Shown here: one piece after another, positions 29,786 to 35,648 of the stretch
Layout of the letters: every line of letters begins with the position of its first letter
Numbering within the stretch: the stretch's first letter is position 1
Position numbers and translations under genes: made by a program
Notes under the pieces: generated by a model
Database searches by the model: none
Seen by the model: only the letters and a program-made list of their open reading frames with translations
What the model was told of the DNA's origin: nothing
Source of the DNA: an uncultured Candidatus Bathyarchaeia archaeon
GTDB taxonomy: Archaea > Thermoproteota > Bathyarchaeia > RBG-16-48-13 > JAGMEO01
Length of the DNA: 59,740 nt
Assembly: GCA_964611975.1 (NCBI GenBank)
Contig: CAZTBK010000001.1
Coordinates: 1 to 59,740 of the forward strand
Reading direction: 5' to 3'

Positions 29786-30921
29786 GGGTGCTACAGGTCT
29801 GTCCAATATTTCATGATCGGATGGTGAGCGGCGTCGGTCTATACGTCTTGAACCTCACGAAGATGTTAATGAAGATGGGGCATGACGTCCGAGTATTTTC
29901 GTCAAATCTTCTTAGGGAGGGGGCGCGGAGTGTTACGCATGAATTTCAAGAGGTGGACGGGATAAGAGTTAGACATTTCAATCTCTTCAAAATACCTAAG
30001 GTAACTTCAGGATATATTCCATCCCCATCATTCGTTAAGGCCATGCTAAACCAGGACGTAAACATCATTCATGCTCACTCATACTCATATTTTCCAACTT
30101 ATACCTCGGCGTTAGTAAAAATTCTCAGGAAGAGGCCCTTGATTCTAACTACGCATCAGCCTCCTACTGAAAAGGCATTTAAAAGCAAGCTGCTCATGAA
30201 AATGTACAACCATAGCTTAGGGCGCCTTTCATTAATGAAGGCCGACAAGATAATTGCGGTGACGAGGCTAGAGGCGGATTTCTTAGTTAAAGTTGCTGGA
30301 GCGAGGCCCGATAAGATAAGGGTTATACCAGAAGGCGTAGATCTAAATCTATTTAGACCAAAAACTGCTGAAATAGGATCGGAAAAAGTCCTGTTGTTCG
30401 TGGGAAGGGTCGCGCCGGAAAAGGGTTTAATACACTTAATTAGAGCTATGCCCAAGGTGGTTAGCGCTTTTCCGTCCGCGTCCCTTTTGATAGTTGGTGA
30501 GGATCAAGGAATTCAAAGGGAACTTATGAAAGTAGCTGAAGGGCTTAAAGTTAAGAAGGCGATACATTTCTTAGGGCCAAAGTTTGGATCCGAGCTTGCG
30601 AGAATTTATCAGAGGGCAACGATCTTCGTTCTACCCTCCGTCTATGAGACATTTGGTTTGGCAGCTTTAGAGGCGATGGCGACCGGCCTGCCGATCGTGG
30701 CTACGAAAGTTGGGGGGATTCCTGAGCTCGTCGAAGATAACTATAACGGCATATTGGTCAGCCCCAGAGATCATGATGCATTGGCCGAGGCGATCATCAA
30801 GCTTCTATCGGATCCTGAGTTGCGCTTAAAGATCAGCAAGAGAAACGCAGCAAAAGCTAAACGATACTCTTGGGAGAACATTGCTAAGAAAATAGAGAAG
30901 GTCTATAAAGGTTTATGCTAA
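29782..30921 (+). CDS. GT4-family (GT-B) glycosyltransferase
   Basis: ETFGLAALEAMATGLPIVATKVGGIPELV. TTG start overlaps the upstream stop. Confidence 0.85.
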   Translation: MRVLQVCPIFHDRMVSGVGLYVLNLTKMLMKMGHDVRVFSSNLLREGARSVTHEFQEVDGIRVRHFNLFKIPKVTSGYIPSPSFVKAMLNQDVNIIHAHSYSYFPTYTSALVKILRKRPLILTTHQPPTEKAFKSKLLMKMYNHSLGRLSLMKADKIIAVTRLEADFLVKVAGARPDKIRVIPEGVDLNLFRPKTAEIGSEKVLLFVGRVAPEKGLIHLIRAMPKVVSAFPSASLLIVGEDQGIQRELMKVAEGLKVKKAIHFLGPKFGSELARIYQRATIFVLPSVYETFGLAALEAMATGLPIVATKVGGIPELVEDNYNGILVSPRDHDALAEAIIKLLSDPELRLKISKRNAAKAKRYSWENIAKKIEKVYKGLC

Positions 30922-31149
30922 GCATAGAGGGATTAATGGAGAGGCCACTCAATGAGTTTAAAATAAATTAAAGGATAGCCTATGAAGCACCCCCTCGTTT
31001 AAGAAAAATATCCATTACGTGAAAGCGGTCTTTTTATAAATGACGTTGAAATCGCTAACATTAATGGTTACTATTAACACAAGGACAATCGTGTCCACGA
31101 AGGCCCAGCCGAAGAGCGTTATAGGATATAAACTCCATCAAAATTCACA

Positions 31150-31436
31150 TGCGCTGATAAGCCTCGAGGTGTCTCGATGGTATATCCGCTGAGGGGACAT
31201 TCCCTGAGAGTAGGATCGGTTGATCCGACTTCGCCCTTAAGCCTCTCGCTCCCTTTAAAGAGGTAAACTTGGAAAATGTTGGTCGATGGCCGTATGAGCC
31301 TTCCCCCTGTGAAAGAAGAGACAACCTGGCAACGTTCCGTAAGCACGTAGCGAACCAGCGCCTCTGGCGACAGAGCAAGGGCATTCAAGATGACAGAACC
31401 ACACAAATTCATTTATGGGAGGGCTCAGCTTTTTTC
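31150..31436 (+). ncRNA. Candidate structured ncRNA (class unresolved; some RNase P RNA-like strings)
   Basis: 580-bp gap with only mutually overlapping antisense ORFs. TATA-like GATATAAA at about 31125. An 11-bp helix pairs 31295-31305 with 31418-31428, followed by a T6 tract. Ordered strings GUGAAAG, GGCAAC, CCGUAAGC, GAGCAAGG, AAGAUGA, ACAGAACC. Confidence 0.35.
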
Positions 31437-31501
31437 TTGTAAAAAGGGAGATCCCATTTATTATTTTAAAGAGAGGCTTTATAGTAGAAAGGTGAGAGGG
31501 C

Positions 31502-31831
31502 ATGCCAACGTTGGAAGAATGTAAGGAAAAAGTTGAGCAGCTAGTTCAAGAAAAGAAGTTTTACAACCAGAGAAAACATGTTCCATTAAAGCTGCTTTTC
31601 GCATTTATAGAGCTCGGAGAGGCAGGCAACGCTTGGAAGAAGGGGATGCCAGAGGAAGCTATAGCGGAAGAGCTAATAGATGTGATATTCTATGTTCTAG
31701 ATGCTTGGAGGTTGGCCTGTCCAGACCTAAACCCTGACGAGGTATTTGACCTAAAGTGGCGGAAGAACATGAGCAGACCTATAAGGTATGGAGAAGGTTA
31801 TAGAACGCTTGAGGACAAGTATAAAAATTGA
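31502..31831 (+). CDS. MazG-like nucleotide pyrophosphohydrolase domain protein
   Basis: All-helical 109 aa with ELGEAGNAW ... EELIDVIFY acidic motifs (E-x2-E ... E-x2-D pattern). Confidence 0.7.
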   Translation: MPTLEECKEKVEQLVQEKKFYNQRKHVPLKLLFAFIELGEAGNAWKKGMPEEAIAEELIDVIFYVLDAWRLACPDLNPDEVFDLKWRKNMSRPIRYGEGYRTLEDKYKN

Positions 31832-31838
31832 GGCATCT

Positions 31839-32984
31839 TTAGGTGTGATCTAAGTTTTTAACGCTCGATGATTTCCTCATAAAGAAGCTGAGCCTCTTAA
31901 GAGCGTTAATGCGCTCCTTGTTTCCTGTTTTAGCCTGCTTTACAGCATTCTCTAAAACGTTGATCGTTTTATCGTAAGTATCCCTATCGACCGGATATGG
32001 AACGCCATCCTTGCCGCCAAAGGCAAAACTATACTTTACAGGGTCATTCCAGCTTGGTTTTTCGCCGTACATCAGCTCGGAGATCAAGGCGAGAGCCCGG
32101 ACGGTGGCCGGACCTACCCCTTTAATCCCTAGGAGCTCTTCGTAGTTTTTCGGTTGGAAGTCATACACCCTCTTTAAGACGCCCCAGTTTAGGTTTTTGG
32201 GAAGATAAAGAAAGCTGGTCACGTACTCTTCCCACTGTGCGTTCGGAATCCACCTCTTTAGAGACCTTTGATAGGCTGGACGAATTGATTTGAGTGATCT
32301 TAGGACTTTCCTAGGGTTCTCCTTCGCAATATCTATCGACGTTTTTCGACAGGCCTCGCTTTCTTCTGCAGTCATGTCTAACACGATGTTTCTTTTCGAA
32401 TCGCATAAAATTGCGTCATGAGGTTTCACCACGAAGTTCTTAACGTGCTCTGACAGCCAATGATATCTCCTAGCATACCGATCCCTTGGGTCCAGTCCTT
32501 GCTGGATTATGCACCAATCGCCCTCCTCGGTCATGATGAACGTGTGATGATAGAGCTGATAGCCATCTTGGATGGCCGTGTTATCGACCTTAGCGCCCAT
32601 CCGACTTGCGTATTTTAATGAGTTAATTTTCTCTGTGGAAAGGCCTAATTTATCCCCTGTTTGATCTATTTCCATCAGGGCTCGTAATGATGCCTTACCT
32701 TTGCCTCCACACACAGCGACTCCGTGCTCCTCAGGATCCAGCGCTATTTTAAGGGCGCCACATGTAACGGTCGTCGTGCCGCTAGAGTGATAGTCGTAGC
32801 CCAAGACACATGAGAGGGCCTGAAACCAGAATGGGTCAGAGAGCCTTCTCAGGAACTCCTTATGGCCAAATTCCTGAATGAGGGCTTCAGAGATGCTCCT
32901 GCTCAGTTTAACCATTCGCTTAAACAACCACGGTGGGGCCCTTCCCCAATGCAAGGGTAACTCAGCTATGCCTGTCCTCCTCAA
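31839..32984 (-). CDS. DUF763 domain protein (contains a helix-hairpin-helix)
   Basis: AELPLHWGRAPPWLFKRM N-terminus typical of DUF763. LLGIKGVGPATVRALALI HhH motif. Confidence 0.75.
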   Translation of the reverse strand: MRRTGIAELPLHWGRAPPWLFKRMVKLSRSISEALIQEFGHKEFLRRLSDPFWFQALSCVLGYDYHSSGTTTVTCGALKIALDPEEHGVAVCGGKGKASLRALMEIDQTGDKLGLSTEKINSLKYASRMGAKVDNTAIQDGYQLYHHTFIMTEEGDWCIIQQGLDPRDRYARRYHWLSEHVKNFVVKPHDAILCDSKRNIVLDMTAEESEACRKTSIDIAKENPRKVLRSLKSIRPAYQRSLKRWIPNAQWEEYVTSFLYLPKNLNWGVLKRVYDFQPKNYEELLGIKGVGPATVRALALISELMYGEKPSWNDPVKYSFAFGGKDGVPYPVDRDTYDKTINVLENAVKQAKTGNKERINALKRLSFFMRKSSSVKNLDHT

Positions 32985-33079
32985 TTTAATTCACAGACCA
33001 TGAGACGGATAAGTATTTAAGCCTCATTCATCTCCGACTGAAGTCAGGGTTTTCTGGGCGCACCATCCCTTATAAGGAA

Positions 33080-33703
33080 TCAGGATCGCCTTAGCGTCCA
33101 AACGCCATTCTCACACTCGAATCTTTTCTTCGGATCAGTCGCCAAGATTATGGCCAAGTGATGAGGCGTTAGCAGATCGAAACCCATCACCCTCAATCTT
33201 GTAAGGAGCTGATGCGCAGTAGACACCTTCTTTTTAGATAGGATGATGAAGGAGGCTTCCCTGACGTCCTTTATCTCAGCGATCGGAAGAGATTTTTTAA
33301 CGACCTTCACCTTCCTCCATTCTTCCATCAGTTTGTCATAGATCTGATCTGAGGCTTCGATCCTCTCATACTCGCCAAGAGCCTCGGCCAACTTCTGCGC
33401 TAGGAGATGGTAGCATAGATAGGTCTCATGATTGATGACACGAAAGTAAAAGTCATCACAAGCGCAGAAACCAACTTCTGGGATTACCTGATAATCTCTC
33501 TCCTTCCCGACAACGATCCAAACGGTCCTCCCACTCGGTTTAAAGCAGTACTTCTTAACCCTCCTATCCCTTAGCGCCTCGTAAGCATTGTTAAACCTCT
33601 CGCCAAAGATCTTAGAAAGTAGCAAAAACTGATCTTTCGTTAACTTCTTTTTCTTTCGCATAGCGTCACAAAGTTTCTGAAGGAGAGACAACTCTGTTAT
33701 CAA
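33080..33703 (-). CDS. SWIM zinc-finger domain protein
   Basis: CACDDFYFRVINHETYLCYH matches the CxC-x(n)-CxH SWIM signature. Confidence 0.7.
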   Translation of the reverse strand: MITELSLLQKLCDAMRKKKKLTKDQFLLLSKIFGERFNNAYEALRDRRVKKYCFKPSGRTVWIVVGKERDYQVIPEVGFCACDDFYFRVINHETYLCYHLLAQKLAEALGEYERIEASDQIYDKLMEEWRKVKVVKKSLPIAEIKDVREASFIILSKKKVSTAHQLLTRLRVMGFDLLTPHHLAIILATDPKKRFECENGVWTLRRS

Positions 33704-34244
33704 TCAGGAAACCTTCTAGCCATCCTATTCTAGAAATTAAAAAATAAGGTCCCCCATCGTAAAATCCTACATTTTCCATTGTGGATTTTTATTTAAATAT
33801 ACTTCAGGCTGTTGAAGGTCTCGTAAGCCTTAGATATAAGTCGTTCTTTTTGTCAAAGACTTCGCTAGGTTTTTATTTGCCTCATGTAAATTGTGGCAGG
33901 CTTCTTCTACAATTATATGGCACCCTTACACTTAACGACTTATCAGTAGTCATTTGTTCTTCATAGCTTATACCTCCAAATGTGAAGCATGGTACTTTTC
34001 TTAGAGGATGGTAATGAAATCTCATCAAACACCATTAAGGAAGATACGCCCCTCCCCTCTCAAAGTTACCCCCATCCTAAAGCCTAGCATAACCATCGTC
34101 AAGCCCCGAGCGGCTAGACTATGCCTACTAAGAACGTGTTCGTCCTTTCCATTCCGGTAGAGAATGAAGCAACCCTAAATTTAACTACGTCGGCGGGAAG
34201 CCCCCTGCGATAGCTGGGGGTAGTTCACGCCCCAACGCTATTCA

Positions 34245-34266
34245 CCCAACCCTTAAAAGGGTTGGG
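34245..34266. repeat. Perfect inverted repeat CCCAACCCTT-AA-AAGGGTTGGG
   Basis: Read directly. Lies 37 nt beyond the stop of the minus-strand metallophosphoesterase gene. Confidence 0.5.
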
Positions 34267-34302
34267 CTTTCTGGCTAATAATGGGTATTTCGGCCACCTA
34301 AA

Positions 34303-35160
34303 TCAAAGTCGGGATCGGATTTTTCCCAGCGCGCCGACGTAAGAGCCATCAAGAAAATACAGCTCCGAGTTTTCAAGATCAACGCAGCCAGAGCGCAAAA
34401 CGGGGCCCATGGGCCTATGACCTGCCTGATTAACGGCCAAGCCACCAAGCAGACCGTTAAAAGCGGGCATGATGACCAGCTCAGGGTCCTTTATACTACG
34501 CCCAAATTTCTCCTTAAAAACATCCTTAGGAGATAACTCGTTGATCTTCACTCTCAAGTGCTTAAGATAAGCCTTAGCTAAAAGATCTCCATTGCAACGA
34601 GCTTTAACCCAGACCTGTCTGACGATAGAGAAGCCGTATCCATCATAAAACCTCAGGACAGGATGTATATGGCCCATAACTAATATATCCGATGCCAATA
34701 CATCCCAAGAGGGCCAAGCATGACCATGAAATAGACCTATCTTCCTACCCCTTCCAATGACCATGCCGCTTGATGAAACTATTTGGACCTGACTTGGAAC
34801 GAGCGGCTTGAGATCGCCATCGTGATTCCCAACGATGACTAACACCTTATCAACAACGCTCAAGACAGACTCGAAAAAAAACGGGACGTCCTTCCATTCT
34901 CTTAAGCTAATTTTAGGGATAGCCTGCTTTACATCACCTAAGAACACCAAAGTATCTGGCTTATACTCGTCAACTATCCTCAAAAGCCTTGCTAGCATCT
35001 TAGATGTCTGAGATGGGATATATATCCCATTCTTAACCAACTCGTGCTCAAAACCTATGTGAAAATCTGCAACAATTAGCACCTTCTCTGAGCTGCCTTT
35101 AAACAAGAGCGCAGGATGAGGGGCACAGAGCTTTAAACCGCTAATGGCGCTGACCCCCAT
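34303..35160 (-). CDS. Metallophosphoesterase (calcineurin-like, archaeal MJ0037/SbcD-related subgroup)
   Basis: ADFHIG, GDVKQ, GNHD and GHIHP metal-ligand motifs in canonical order. Confidence 0.8.
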   Translation of the reverse strand: MGVSAISGLKLCAPHPALLFKGSSEKVLIVADFHIGFEHELVKNGIYIPSQTSKMLARLLRIVDEYKPDTLVFLGDVKQAIPKISLREWKDVPFFFESVLSVVDKVLVIVGNHDGDLKPLVPSQVQIVSSSGMVIGRGRKIGLFHGHAWPSWDVLASDILVMGHIHPVLRFYDGYGFSIVRQVWVKARCNGDLLAKAYLKHLRVKINELSPKDVFKEKFGRSIKDPELVIMPAFNGLLGGLAVNQAGHRPMGPVLRSGCVDLENSELYFLDGSYVGALGKIRSRL

Positions 35161-35214
35161 TCACGATAGCGCCTTTAATCCCTCTTCAGGTCTGATCGTT
35201 GCAAATGCGTGTGA

Positions 35215-35348
35215 TGGGGCCGCCCGGACTTTCAGCCACACCACTGTTGATGTAGCTTTTGAACCGGAGTCTAGAGGACTCTCTACTTCCTAAGCATGTA
35301 ATAAAGTTCCCGAGCCTCCAAGCCTAGACCAAACTAGCCGACGGCCCC
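35215..35348 (-). tRNA. tRNA-Pro (anticodon CGG) with two introns (anticodon loop and T-loop)
   Basis: Minus strand reads GGGGCCG-UC-GGCU-AGUUUGGUCUA-GGCU-U-GGAGG-CUCGGG[30 nt]U-CCUCU-AGAC-UCCGG-UUCAAA[29 nt]U-CCGGG-CGGCCCC-A. All stems pair. Mature length 75 nt. No encoded CCA. TATA-like TTATATTTTTTAT lies about 20-30 nt upstream. Confidence 0.85.
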
Positions 35349-35399
35349 CTAACGACCATCATAAAAAATATAACCACCCTCCGTATATTAACTTTACAG

Positions 35400-35476
35400 C
35401 CGACACCCGTAGAATGATAATTGTTTATAGTCGTTTCTTATGATTAGGGTGTCGGAAAAATTCTTAATTTTCCGAC
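35400..35476. promoter_or_regulatory. Overlapping inverted repeats sharing a GTCGG/CCGAC core (candidate operator or alternative hairpins)
   Basis: CCGACACCC (35400-35408) pairs with GGGTGTCGG (35447-35455). GTCGGAAAA (35451-35459) pairs with TTTTCCGAC (35468-35476). A further TTTTCCGAC at 35606-35614 lies about 35 nt upstream of the nrdD-like ATG. Confidence 0.35.
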
Positions 35477-35648
35477 TTTGCATAACTCAAGCAGTCTCGC
35501 ATCAAACTAAACTCTTTTTATAGCCTTTTTTCCACACTGCTCTTTTGACATATACTATTAAACTGATTTAATATTTACAAAACCTTAGAAGAAGAAAAAA
35601 CACTTTTTTCCGACAGCCTGTTATGATAATAATGATATGTATGTTTAA

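Noticed and set aside
31150-31436. Confident call of canonical RNase P RNA
   Set aside because: CR-IV/V-like strings are present. However, no GAGGAAAGUCC-type CR-I exists, and no GUGUGG partner exists for a P4 helix with the CCACAC that follows ACAGAA. It is kept only as an unresolved ncRNA candidate.
31119-31503. Three overlapping minus-strand ORFs (79-97 aa) as protein genes
   Set aside because: They overlap each other in different frames, have odd composition and no motifs, and lie over a region with strong RNA-like helices on the + strand.
33990-34060. C/D box sRNA on the minus strand (UGAUGA plus a distant UGAAGA-N11-CUGA)
   Set aside because: There is no D' box at the expected distance, and the elements span far more than the 50-60 nt typical of archaeal C/D sRNAs.
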